Of a stretch of 64,000 nucleotides of DNA, positions 9,344 through 18,318 are shown one piece after another. Made by a program: the position numbers and the translations under genes. Below the pieces are notes generated by a model. The model was not told where the DNA came from. It made no database searches and was given only the letters and a program-made list of their open reading frames with translations. How positions within the stretch are numbered: the stretch's first letter is position 1; every line of letters begins with the position of its first letter. This stretch comes from Acidimicrobiales bacterium (GTDB lineage Bacteria; Actinomycetota; Acidimicrobiia; Acidimicrobiales; Ilumatobacteraceae), in contig JBJTVH010000040.1 of the NCBI GenBank assembly GCA_046081125.1, forward strand, positions 109 through 64,108. The letters are read 5' to 3'.

Positions 9344-11042
9344 GTGATCGTGACCGCGCCGGGGAACCCCGTAGCCCCCGAGACGACCATCCCCCGGGCG
9401 TTCTTGCGCACCGTTGCCCGGCAACCCGACGCCGTCGCCCTCCGAGCCGTCGACCCGACCGGCTCGTGGGCGCGCTGGACCTGGACGGAGGTGGTCGGCC
9501 ACGTGGCCCGACTCTCGGCCGGGCTCGCCGCCCAGGGCATCGAACCCGGGGACCGCATCGTGTTCGCCTTTCGCAATCGGCCCGAGTTCCATTGGCTGGA
9601 TCTCGCAGCGCAGTTCCGCCGAGCCGTACCGGTGAGCCTGTACCGCACCACGAGCACCGGCGACCCCCCGAAGAGCTTCGATCCCTCGTCGGCCACACCG
9701 GCGCCCGCCTGGCCATCGTCGACGATCCCCGGCTCGCCGAACGCCTTCGCGACTGGTCCGGGGACCTGCCTCGGCTGACCGACGTTGTCGTGCTCGACGC
9801 GCCGGGCACACCCGCGGCGTCCGCGGGCGCACTGCTGGCCGGTGATCAGCACGTCGACGACCTCGAGACCCTCGCTGCCGCGACCCGCGCCGAGGATCTC
9901 GCCACCCTCGTCTACACGTCGGGCACCACGGGTCTGCCGAAAGGGGTCATGCTCGACCAGGCCAACGTCGTGGCCACGGCCGAGCAACTGCGTCGATGCC
10001 TCGGCACCGAGGACCTCACGGGATGGCGCGTCGTCTCCTACCTCCCGATGGCACACATCGCAGAACGGATGGTCGGTCACTACCTGTGGGTGATCGGTGG
10101 ATCCTCGACGCCCTCGATCCCGACCGCCGGTCCCGGTTGGAGGAGGGTGTTGCGCTCGCGCGGACGATCGCAGCGGCCGAACGGTCCGGCACGGCGACCG
10201 ACGAGCAGCGAGCGAGCTGGTCGTTCCTCGACGCCATCGCCTTCGCACCGCTTCGCGAGGCCGTCGGACTCGACGCCCTCCGTCTGGCCGTGAGCGGTGC
10301 AGCGCCGCTGCCCCCGGAGCTCCACGAGTGGTTCCTCGCCGTCGGCATCCCGCTCAGCGAGATCTACGGCCAGTCGGAATCGTCCGGACCGATCAGCTGG
10401 TCCCCGCACGAGGCCCGGCCCGGCCCGGTCGGTCGGGCGATCCCGGAGTGCGAGGTTCGCCTCGCGGACGACGGGGAGGTCTGTTGCCGTGGTCCGAACG
10501 TGTTCCGTGGCTGCTGGCACGACGAGGCACGCACCAGCGATGCCCTCGTCGACGGCTGGTTGCACACCGGCGACATCGGGGTCCTCGAGCCGGACGGGCT
10601 GTTGCGCATCGTCGACCGCAAGAAGGACCTCATCGTGACCTCCGTCGGCGAGCACGTCAGCCCCGCCTCGCTCGAGGCCGCGCTCCGCATGGTCCCGCTC
10701 ATCGGGCAGGCCGTCGTGGTCGGTGACGGCCGCCCGTTCGTCGCAGCCGTCGTCACGCTGGATCCGGATGCGGTACGCAACTCGGCCGCATCGCACGACC
10801 TCGTCGATCGAACGACGGCAACCCTCGTGGAGGAGCCCGCGCTGGTTGCCGACGTTGCGGCCGGGATCGACGGCCTCAACGAACGGTTGGTGCCCCCGAG
10901 CCAGGTCCGGCGCTTCGCGATCGTCACCGAGGACTGGGACCGGACTGCCGGGCTCCTCACCCCCACCGCCAAGCTGAAACGTCGAGCGGTGGCCGAACGC
11001 TACGCCGACGTGATCGACGGGCTCTACCGCACCGTTCCATGA
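9344..11042 (+). pseudogene. long-chain acyl-CoA synthetase (AMP-binding family), frame-disrupted
   Basis: The homologous sequence runs through three frames. Frame 2 covers 9344 to about 9667 ([15 protein letters not shown]...AVPVSLY). Frame 1 runs to about 10095 ([19 protein letters not shown]...[16 protein letters not shown]...YLPMAHIAERMVGHY). Frame 0 runs to 11042 (YGQSESSGP...WLHTGDIG...DRKKDLIV...TPTAKLKRR). The first shift is at a C6 run (9664-9669); the second coincides with an apparently missing segment. Confidence 0.7.
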
Positions 11043-11074
11043 CATCCGAACTACGGGTTGCCTGACTACCCTGA

Positions 11075-12553
11075 GTGACCGTGGCCACGATCGGGACGTC
11101 TTCGGAGTTCGCCCGAGCCCTGCAGGCGAAGCTGGTCGAGGGCGACCTCGACTGGCTGCGGGCTCGGTTCCTCGCCGGCGACCTCAACTTCCTGCGAGAC
11201 CTGCTGCCCGCCAGCGAACGCGCCCAGTTCCCCCGTCGCCTCGATGACCGCGACCTCGGGTGGATCCGGACCGTGCTCGCCGCGGTGGTGATCCCCGGTG
11301 TCGGGCCGCTCGCCGTTCCGGTCGCAGCCCCGACGGTTCCCCCGGCGCCGGTCGTCCCAAACGCCGCACCACGCGGACCGACAGCGCCGGGAGGCACGAG
11401 CCGGCCGGCGATGCCGGGCGAGTACCTGGGCGAGCCCGCCTTCAGCTTCGGCCCCGACTACTCGCCCGATACGGACTTCACCCTCGATCCGGTGACCCCG
11501 ACCGCACGGCCCAACACCAGTCGAACCCCCCAGCGCTGGTGGATCGTGGTAATCCCGGTCGTCGCCGTCCTTGCGCTGGTCGCCCTGGTGTTCGTGCGGA
11601 GCCGTGGCGACGACCCCGGCACAGCCGCCCCGATCACGACCTCGGCCCGGACGACGACCGTTCCGGCCACCGCCAACCTGGCCCGCACGCTCGAAGCCGA
11701 ACCGAGGCTGTCGACCCTGTTCGCCGCCGTGCGCGCCGCCGGTCTCGCCGACGTGCTCGCCGATCCGGCCGGGGTGCTCACCGTGTTCGCTCCCACGAAC
11801 GACGCGTTCGCCGCCCTGGCCCCTGGGCGCCTCGACGCGCTGCTCGCCGATCCCGCGGCGCTGCGAAAGGTGCTCCTCTACCACGTCGCGTCGGGACGTT
11901 GGACCTCCGTCACGGCCAAGACCGGCGAGTTGCCGGTCCTCGACGGGCCGCCGCTCAAGGTCGCCCGCACGGGGAACACCCTGACCGTCGGCGGCGCAAC
12001 CGTCGTGTCGGCCGATCTGACCGCCTCCAACGGCGTCGTCCATCTGCTCGATCGAGTGCTGCTCCCGCCGGACGGGCCTACCCCGACCGGCATCGGGACG
12101 ACGGCGGCTGCGACGACCGGCGCGGCGACGACCGGCGCGGCGACGACGGCGGCCGCGACGACCGGGGTCGCGACGACCACGGCAACGACGGCGGCCTCGA
12201 CGACCGTACCGGCCGGGCCGACGAGCACGACCGGACCCGGCATCGACGTGGTCGTGAAATTCCCGACCCCCAATGGCGTGACCCTCGATGCGCAGGCCAC
12301 CGCCGTCGTCAACGACCTGGCGGCCGCCATCAAGCGTCTCCCGGCCGGAGCGGTCGTCAAGGTGACCGGTTGGAGCGACACCCGCGGGGGTGAACGTGCC
12401 GCACTCGACCAGTCCAAGGCTCGGGCCGACGCCGTCGTCGCCGCCCTGCGCGCCGCCGGCGCAACCTCTGTCACCTACACCGTGACCGGTGCCGGGGGCC
12501 GGTGGGCGGCGGTTTACGCGGACGCCCGCGTCGTGGAGGTCGACCTCCCGTGA
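11075..12553 (+). CDS. membrane protein with FAS1 (fasciclin) domain and OmpA-like C-terminal domain
   Basis: GTG 11075. TM segment (WWIVVIPVVAVLALVALVFV). FAS1 motifs TVFAPTNDAFAAL ... NGVVHLLDRVLLP. Thr/Ala-rich linker. C-terminal GWSDTRGGERAALDQSKARADAVVAAL resembles OmpA/MotB peptidoglycan-binding domains. Confidence 0.8.
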   Translation: MTVATIGTSSEFARALQAKLVEGDLDWLRARFLAGDLNFLRDLLPASERAQFPRRLDDRDLGWIRTVLAAVVIPGVGPLAVPVAAPTVPPAPVVPNAAPRGPTAPGGTSRPAMPGEYLGEPAFSFGPDYSPDTDFTLDPVTPTARPNTSRTPQRWWIVVIPVVAVLALVALVFVRSRGDDPGTAAPITTSARTTTVPATANLARTLEAEPRLSTLFAAVRAAGLADVLADPAGVLTVFAPTNDAFAALAPGRLDALLADPAALRKVLLYHVASGRWTSVTAKTGELPVLDGPPLKVARTGNTLTVGGATVVSADLTASNGVVHLLDRVLLPPDGPTPTGIGTTAAATTGAATTGAATTAAATTGVATTTATTAASTTVPAGPTSTTGPGIDVVVKFPTPNGVTLDAQATAVVNDLAAAIKRLPAGAVVKVTGWSDTRGGERAALDQSKARADAVVAALRAAGATSVTYTVTGAGGRWAAVYADARVVEVDLP

Positions 12554-12993
12554 TCGTTCGCCGTGGGCACCTTGCCCAAGGCCGCAAGCAGCCCCTCTGC
12601 GCCGCCGTCCGTCAAGTGACGCCCGAGATGACGCTGCACGCTTCGACCGTGCACCGCTGACGCCCGGCGGAGGCGTTCCCGGCCGACGCGACTGATGACC
12701 GCGTATGCGCCCCGCCCGTCGGTCGGGTCGGCTTCGCGCAGCGCCATCTCCTGCTCCACGAGCCGATCGAGAACCCGGCTCGCCGTGCTCTTGTGCACAC
12801 CCATCGCCGCAGCGAGTTCCTGCACGCGAAGCGAACCTTCTGCGTCACGGAGCGCTTCGAGCGCCGAGAACCACACCAGAGGCATCCCGCACTGGTCTCG
12901 CAGATCGGCATCGAGGTGCGAAGTCACCACCCCTGCCACCTCGAGCAACCGCTTCCCCGCCGCGAGCCGGTCGGGATCCGGGCGTGCCGCCAT
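12514..12993 (-). CDS. MarR-family transcriptional regulator
   Basis: Winged-HTH segment LRVQELAAAMGVHKSTASRVLDRLVEQEMALREADPTDGRGAY. 159 aa. Confidence 0.85.
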   Translation of the reverse strand: MAARPDPDRLAAGKRLLEVAGVVTSHLDADLRDQCGMPLVWFSALEALRDAEGSLRVQELAAAMGVHKSTASRVLDRLVEQEMALREADPTDGRGAYAVISRVGRERLRRASAVHGRSVQRHLGRHLTDGGAEGLLAALGKVPTANDHGRSTSTTRASA

Positions 12994-13014
12994 GCCCTAA
13001 GCCTACCGACGCGC

Positions 13015-14232
13015 TCAGGCCAGGGTGGCAGCGTGGACCAGGCCTTCGTCCCAGGAGGCACCCTCCATGAGCAGCTTTCGGTACGACATGAGCGCCCGAG
13101 GCATCGACAGGCCGAACACGCCGCGCAGGCGTCCCGCCCGGCCGTACAACGCCACGAACCGTCGCGAAGCGACGTCGCCGACCGCGATCACGACGTCGTC
13201 GTCGCCGGATGCGCGACCGAGGAACTGGATCCGGGCGTCGTACTGGTCACTCCAGAAGAACGGCACCGGGTCGTAGGGCAGGCCGGCGCCACCGGCGGCG
13301 ACCGCCAGCGCGTTGCGGGCGGCGAGCGCTCCCTGCTCCGCCGCGTTGGTCCAGTGCTCGACCCGCATCTCCTCGCCATACCGGGGATTGGGCCACCGGG
13401 CGACGTCGCCGGCGACGTAGACCCCAGGGGGACCCGCAGCCAGGGTCTCGTCGGCGACCACCCCGTCCCGCAGGGTGAGCCCGCTATCGGCCAACCACCC
13501 GGTCGCCGGCTGGACCCCGATGCCGACGACGACGACGTCGGCATCGAGGATCGTGCCGTCCCCGAGGCGGACCCGCTCGACGCGGGTGCCTCCTTCGATC
13601 GCATCGACCCCTACCCCCAGACGGAGCCGCACACCGTGGTCCCGGTGGATCTCGGCGCAGGCGTCGCCGAGGACCGGGCCGAGGCCGCGGACCATCGGGA
13701 CCGGCAACGCCTCCACCATCGTGACCTCGAGTCCCCGGGAGCGCGCCGTGGCCGCAACCTCGGCGCCGATGAACCCGGCCCCGATCACGACCACGTGTTG
13801 CGGGGTCGCGTCGAGATCGGCGCGCAGGGCGAGCGCGTCGTCGAGGGTGCGCAACTCGTGGATGCCCGGCAGGTCCGGTTGGTTCGGCAACCGACGACAG
13901 CCGGCGCCGGTGGCGATCACGAGTGCGTCGTAGGGCACGGACGATCCGTCCGAGAGGTCCACCCGGCGCTGCCCGACGTCGAGTCCGGTCGCCGCCGTGC
14001 CCAGGCGGAACTCGAGGCCGAGTTCGTCGTACCCCCCCGGCTTGCGCAGAGCGATCCGATCGGCATCCCACTCACCGGCGAGGACCTTCTTCGACAGCGG
14101 CGGCCGATCGTACGGGAGGTGCGGCTCGGCGCCGACGAGGGTGAGACGCCCATCGAACCCCTCGCTGCGGAAGGTTTCCGCCGCGCGCAACCCGGCGAGA
14201 GAAGCACCGACGACCACGACGTGTTGCACCAT
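13015..14232 (-). CDS. FAD-dependent pyridine nucleotide-disulfide oxidoreductase (ferredoxin-reductase-like)
   Basis: ATG 14232 (MVQHVVVVGASLAGLRAAE...). Second dinucleotide fold VVVIGAGFIGAEVA. VYVAGDVA motif. The ORF-track start at 14424 adds 64 Arg/Pro-rich residues that look non-coding. Confidence 0.85.
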   Translation of the reverse strand: MVQHVVVVGASLAGLRAAETFRSEGFDGRLTLVGAEPHLPYDRPPLSKKVLAGEWDADRIALRKPGGYDELGLEFRLGTAATGLDVGQRRVDLSDGSSVPYDALVIATGAGCRRLPNQPDLPGIHELRTLDDALALRADLDATPQHVVVIGAGFIGAEVAATARSRGLEVTMVEALPVPMVRGLGPVLGDACAEIHRDHGVRLRLGVGVDAIEGGTRVERVRLGDGTILDADVVVVGIGVQPATGWLADSGLTLRDGVVADETLAAGPPGVYVAGDVARWPNPRYGEEMRVEHWTNAAEQGALAARNALAVAAGGAGLPYDPVPFFWSDQYDARIQFLGRASGDDDVVIAVGDVASRRFVALYGRAGRLRGVFGLSMPRALMSYRKLLMEGASWDEGLVHAATLA

Positions 14233-14293
14233 CACCCCACGATGCCACGCCACTGCGGCACCGGGCACCCGACCCGCATCCGGGCCTCGGCCC

Positions 14294-15046
14294 TCAGGAC
14301 GCTGGTCGGGTGCCGGCGGACCCGAACCCCACGGGCAGTGTGCCGGACTCGTGCGCGAGCGCAGTTGTGCCTTCGTGACGATCGTGCGCGATCGACCGCA
14401 CGGCCTCCGGCGGCGGTGCGGCATCGTGACGGAACGTGATCGAGAGCCGAGGATCGGCCACCGCCACCTTCGGCACGGCGTGCTCCCACCGCTCCTGGCA
14501 GCGGCCGCCCATCACGAGCAGATCGCCGCGACCGAGCAGGAACGTGTGGGACATCCCGCCACCGCGCGGCCGGATCGAGAACGGCCGAGGCGACCCGACG
14601 GACACGATGGCGACCGTGGGCACCGGCTGCCAGGACGCCAGCCGATCCCCATGCCAGGCAACGCTGTCCGCGCCACTGCGATACAGGTTGAACCCGATCG
14701 AATCGAAGCGCACGCCGTACCGCCCGTCGAGCGCAACCCGGATCCCCTCGAGCACCGGCAACGGGACCGGGCCGTCGGTCCGGGACCACCAGGCACTCAG
14801 CCGTGGCTCGGTGACGACCCGCCCGAACATCGGAACCCGGCGGGCGCGCCAGGACACGCGCGCCACCAACTCGGCGAAGACGTGATCGGCGCCCGACAAC
14901 CAGTGCGGAAAGACATCGAGCCAGCACTCCTCGTCGAGCCAGATGCGGGCGATCCCTGCGAACGTTCGATCGAAGTCCGGTTCGATCAGGCCGAAGAGGC
15001 TCGGTTGCCACTCGAGGACGGGCGCCGCCGCGCCGGGTGTGAACAT
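14294..15046 (-). CDS. alkB: Fe(II)/2-oxoglutarate-dependent dioxygenase AlkB
   Basis: ATG 15046 (MFTPGAAAP...). Motifs NLYRSGADSVAWHGD (HxD), WEHAVPK (His), RLSITFR (2OG-binding Arg). Confidence 0.8.
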   Translation of the reverse strand: MFTPGAAAPVLEWQPSLFGLIEPDFDRTFAGIARIWLDEECWLDVFPHWLSGADHVFAELVARVSWRARRVPMFGRVVTEPRLSAWWSRTDGPVPLPVLEGIRVALDGRYGVRFDSIGFNLYRSGADSVAWHGDRLASWQPVPTVAIVSVGSPRPFSIRPRGGGMSHTFLLGRGDLLVMGGRCQERWEHAVPKVAVADPRLSITFRHDAAPPPEAVRSIAHDRHEGTTALAHESGTLPVGFGSAGTRPAS

Positions 15047-15090
15047 GTGTTCGATCCTGATGGGGGCGGCGTGATCTGTCAAGCGCGACC

Positions 15091-15921
15091 ATGGGTCCGA
15101 TGCCGCCGAGGATCGAACCCGTGGTCGACCCGACCGACGAGCGCGTCGCGCCGTACCGGTCGTTGCGCGACCCCGAGGCACGTCGGCGCGTGGAGCCAGC
15201 CGGTGGCGTCGCAGTCGTGGAGGGCCTCGTCGCCCTCGCCGAACTGTTGCGCTCCCCGGTGCCGGTCGTGTCCGGGTTCGTGCTCGACGCACGCCTGGAG
15301 CGGGTCGCTGCGCAGTGGCCCGACGGCCCGCCGCTGTACGTCGCGCCAGCCCCGGTCCTCGACGCCGTCGCCGGATTCCCGGTGCATCGCGGGGTCCTTG
15401 CGCTCGCCCGACGGCCGGCGCCGGTCGCCGTCGCCGACATCGCCGCCCATGCCACGGTCGTGGCGCTCGAGGACCTCAACGACGTCGAGAACCTCGGCGC
15501 GATCGGCCGGGCAGCGCGCGCCCTGGGTGCCGGGGCGCTCGTGCTGTCGCCCCGATGCGCAGACCCGTACACACGTCGCGCGCTGCGGGTGTCTCAGGGC
15601 CACCTGCTGCACCTGCCCGTCGCGCGCGCCCACGCGTGGCCCGACGCACTCGGGGGCCTGCGGGCCGCCGGTCATCGGCTCGTCGCGCTCAGCCCCGACG
15701 GCGACACCGACCTCGAAGGGCTGATCGCAGCACCGACCGACCGCCTGACGCTGCTGCTGGGCGCCGAAGGTCCCGGGTTGTCGCCCGTGGTCCTCGAACG
15801 GGCCGACCACCGGATCCGCATCCCGCTGCTCGCCGGCGTCGACTCGCTCAACGTCGGCCATGCGGCGGCGATCGCCCTCCATCACGTCGCCGCGTCACGG
15901 CGCGCCATGATGCGAGGGTGA
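15091..15921 (+). CDS. TrmH/SpoU-family RNA 2'-O-methyltransferase
   Basis: SPOUT motifs LEDLNDVENLGAIGRAARALGA, LLLGAEGPGLS, IPLLAGVDSLNVGHAAAIAL. Confidence 0.85.
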   Translation: MGPMPPRIEPVVDPTDERVAPYRSLRDPEARRRVEPAGGVAVVEGLVALAELLRSPVPVVSGFVLDARLERVAAQWPDGPPLYVAPAPVLDAVAGFPVHRGVLALARRPAPVAVADIAAHATVVALEDLNDVENLGAIGRAARALGAGALVLSPRCADPYTRRALRVSQGHLLHLPVARAHAWPDALGGLRAAGHRLVALSPDGDTDLEGLIAAPTDRLTLLLGAEGPGLSPVVLERADHRIRIPLLAGVDSLNVGHAAAIALHHVAASRRAMMRG

Positions 15922-16382
15922 TCGACTTCTCCCGCACCTTCCACACCGGCATCCGAGTGCCCGACATCCGCGCCGCGATGGCCGAGCTGTCCGACCAGCT
16001 CGGCGTCACCTGGGCGGCGCTCCAGGAGCGGGACCAGGCCGTGTGGACCCCGGAGACCGGGCTGGTGACCACCCCGCTCAAGTTCACCTACTCCTGCGAG
16101 GGGCCGGTGCACCTCGAGCTTCTCCAGGGTCAACCCGGCACCTACTGGTACGGCGCCGACGCACCGGGCCCGCACCACATCGGGGTGTGGGTCGACGACG
16201 TGAAGGCCACCACCGAAGCCGCCGTCGCCGCCGGATGGACGCTGCTGTCGGCCGGGGCGCCGCCCGAGCAGGGGTACGGAGCGTTCACCTATGTCCGCTC
16301 CCCGCAGGGAGTCATCGTCGAACCGGTCTGGAGCGCAGTCATCCCGGCGTTCGAACGCTGGTGGGCGGGCGGCTCGCTGTGA
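15918..16382 (+). CDS. VOC (glyoxalase/bleomycin-resistance fold) family protein
   Basis: GTG 15918 overlaps the trmH-like stop (GTGA). FHTGIRVPDI... and HHIGVWVDDV are typical paired beta-alpha-beta-beta-beta module signatures. Confidence 0.7.
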   Translation: MIDFSRTFHTGIRVPDIRAAMAELSDQLGVTWAALQERDQAVWTPETGLVTTPLKFTYSCEGPVHLELLQGQPGTYWYGADAPGPHHIGVWVDDVKATTEAAVAAGWTLLSAGAPPEQGYGAFTYVRSPQGVIVEPVWSAVIPAFERWWAGGSL

Positions 16383-16774
16383 GCATCCAGGTCACCACCG
16401 GCGCGGCGCTCGTGTGCAGCTTCGGGATCGCGCCGTCCACGCTCACCGTCGTGCCGACCGGTCCCCCCGTGATGGCCGGCGGAGCGCCGGCCGCCACCGT
16501 GCAGGACAACAAGCCGATGGCCAACGTCGCTCCGTTCGGCATGTGCACCACCCTCACCAACCCGCAGGTCGCCGCGGCCACCTCCGCGGCGCTCGGCGTG
16601 CTCACGCCGCAACCGTGCCTCCCGGTCACCACCGCGCCGTGGACCCCGGGGTCGACCTCGGTGCTGATCGGCGGCCAGCCGGCCCTCGGGTCCACCTGCA
16701 CGCTGCTGTGCCAGTGGGGCGGCACGATCACCATCACCGCACCGGGCAGTGCCACCACGGTGATGACCGGCTGA
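16379..16774 (+). CDS. DUF4280 (PAAR-like spike-tip) protein
   Basis: GTG 16379 overlaps the VOC stop (GTGA). 131 aa with DUF4280-type pattern ...GAALVCSFGIAPSTLTV...NVAPFGMCTTLTNPQVAAATSAALGVLTPQPC.P......W.PGS..VLIGG.PAL...C.LLCQWGG.ITI. Confidence 0.8.
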   Translation: MSIQVTTGAALVCSFGIAPSTLTVVPTGPPVMAGGAPAATVQDNKPMANVAPFGMCTTLTNPQVAAATSAALGVLTPQPCLPVTTAPWTPGSTSVLIGGQPALGSTCTLLCQWGGTITITAPGSATTVMTG

Positions 16775-16902
16775 CCCGCAGCAGCCCGGACCCGCCCGGC
16801 CGGTGGACGCACCGGGGTGTGTCAAGATGCCGGCCGCCGTTGGTCGACGCCGCTGCGGAGGGTTCGGATGCCTGGACGGAGTGCCGTCGTGAAGGTTCCG
16901 TC

Positions 16903-17523
16903 GTGAAGATCCCCGTGTTCGTCCATGCCGATGATCCGGTCCTGCAGGCCGGGGTCACGGCGCTCTTGCGTGGTCGCCCCGAGGCGACCGTGGTCGAGGC
17001 CACCGACCTCGACACGGCCCGCGTGGTGATCGTCGCGGCCGACGACGTCGACGAGCCGACCGTTCGCACCGCTCGGGCGTTGCAGCGCAACGGCTCGATG
17101 CGGCTGGTGCTCGTGATCACCAACCTCGGCGACGCGGCGCTGCTGGCCGGGATCGGTGCGGGCGCCTGCGGGTTCGTGCGCCGATCGGAGGCCACCCCCG
17201 AGCGCCTCGGTGCGGTCGTGCGCAGTGCCGCGTCGGGAGACGGTGCCGTGCCACCCGACCTGCTCGGGCGCCTGCTCGAACACATGAGCTCCGTGCAGAG
17301 CTCGATCCTCGAACCCCGCGGGCTGTCGCTGTCGGGCCTGTCGGAGCGAGAGACGACGGTCCTGCGGCTCGTGGCCGAGGGGCTCGAGACCTCCGAGATC
17401 GCCGAGCGGTTGTGCTTCTCCGAGCGCACCGTCAAAGGCGTCATCCACGAGGTGACGACCCGGCTGCGGCTGCGCAACCGGGCCCAGGCCGTCGCCTACG
17501 CCGTGCGGCAGGGCCTGATCTGA
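16903..17523 (+). CDS. LuxR/NarL-family regulator with atypical receiver-like N-domain
   Basis: GTG 16903. C-terminal HTH LSERETTVLRLVAEGLETSEIAERLCFSERTVKGVIHEVTTRLRLRNRAQAVAYAVRQGLI. The N-terminal 120 aa are receiver-like. Confidence 0.85.
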   Translation: MKIPVFVHADDPVLQAGVTALLRGRPEATVVEATDLDTARVVIVAADDVDEPTVRTARALQRNGSMRLVLVITNLGDAALLAGIGAGACGFVRRSEATPERLGAVVRSAASGDGAVPPDLLGRLLEHMSSVQSSILEPRGLSLSGLSERETTVLRLVAEGLETSEIAERLCFSERTVKGVIHEVTTRLRLRNRAQAVAYAVRQGLI

Positions 17524-17616
17524 GCCGGACACGTCCGCAAGGGAAGCCGCCCCTGCCCGAAGGGGCGCACGAGTAGCCGTTCCCTCCCTGTACGGGGCGT
17601 CCTACCGTCGCCGACG

Positions 17617-18318
17617 GTGATCCACGAGGTCGACGACGCAATCCGAGCCCTGCTGCGCCGCGATGCCATCCGGGGTACGGACATCGACATCGTGTTCGAC
17701 GCGCCCACGAAGGAATGGTCGAGCCGGCGCAATGCGCCGACGATCGACGCCTACCTCTACGACATCCGGGAGGACGTGCGCCGCCGCGAGGTCGGCCGGG
17801 TCGACGTCCGCACCGACGGCCTGGTCACCGCCCGTGTCGGCCCGCCACGCTGGTTCAAGCTGTCCTACCTGCTGACGGCCTGGACGCAACGGCCCGAGGA
17901 CGAGCACCGACTGCTCGCCGCCATGCTGCGCGGGCTGTTGCGCTACGAGGCGCTGCCGGCCGACCTGCTGACGGGTTCGCTGGGCGATCTCGGCCTACCC
18001 GTGCCGTACACCTGCGGGCTCCCGCCACCGGAGGACCGGGCGTTGTCGGACGTGTGGTCGGCCCTCGGTGGCGAGTTGAAGCCCTCGCTCGATCTCGTCG
18101 TCATCGCGCCGTTCGATCTGTCGCGCGACCACGAGTTCGGACCGCCGGTCACCGAGGAGACCCGGCTCGTGGTGAGCACCGGTCGCAATCTCGCCACGAA
18201 CGACTGGGCCCCCGAACGCAGCGAGCCCCCTCGGGTTCCGCTGGCCTCCGAGGAGCGCGTCGTCGGCCCGCCGCAGCGGCCCGGCCGACGGGTGCGGATC
18301 ACGGAACTGCCCCGATGA
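17617..18318 (+). CDS. DUF4255 protein (Afp16/Pvc16-like tail terminator/cap)
   Basis: The N-terminus, with IDIVFDAPTKEW...PTIDAYLYDIRED...FKLSYLLTAW, matches the DUF4255 pattern. It is translationally coupled (ATGA) to the AAA+ ATPase, as in eCIS loci. Confidence 0.8.
   Translation: MIHEVDDAIRALLRRDAIRGTDIDIVFDAPTKEWSSRRNAPTIDAYLYDIREDVRRREVGRVDVRTDGLVTARVGPPRWFKLSYLLTAWTQRPEDEHRLLAAMLRGLLRYEALPADLLTGSLGDLGLPVPYTCGLPPPEDRALSDVWSALGGELKPSLDLVVIAPFDLSRDHEFGPPVTEETRLVVSTGRNLATNDWAPERSEPPRVPLASEERVVGPPQRPGRRVRITELPR

Noticed and set aside
17548-17567. Short hairpin CGCCCC-N8-GGGGCG after the LuxR stop, considered as an intrinsic terminator.
   Set aside because: The stem is only 6 bp and there is no U-tract. 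This is too weak to annotate, although the DUF4255/AAA+ pair may still be a separate transcription unit.
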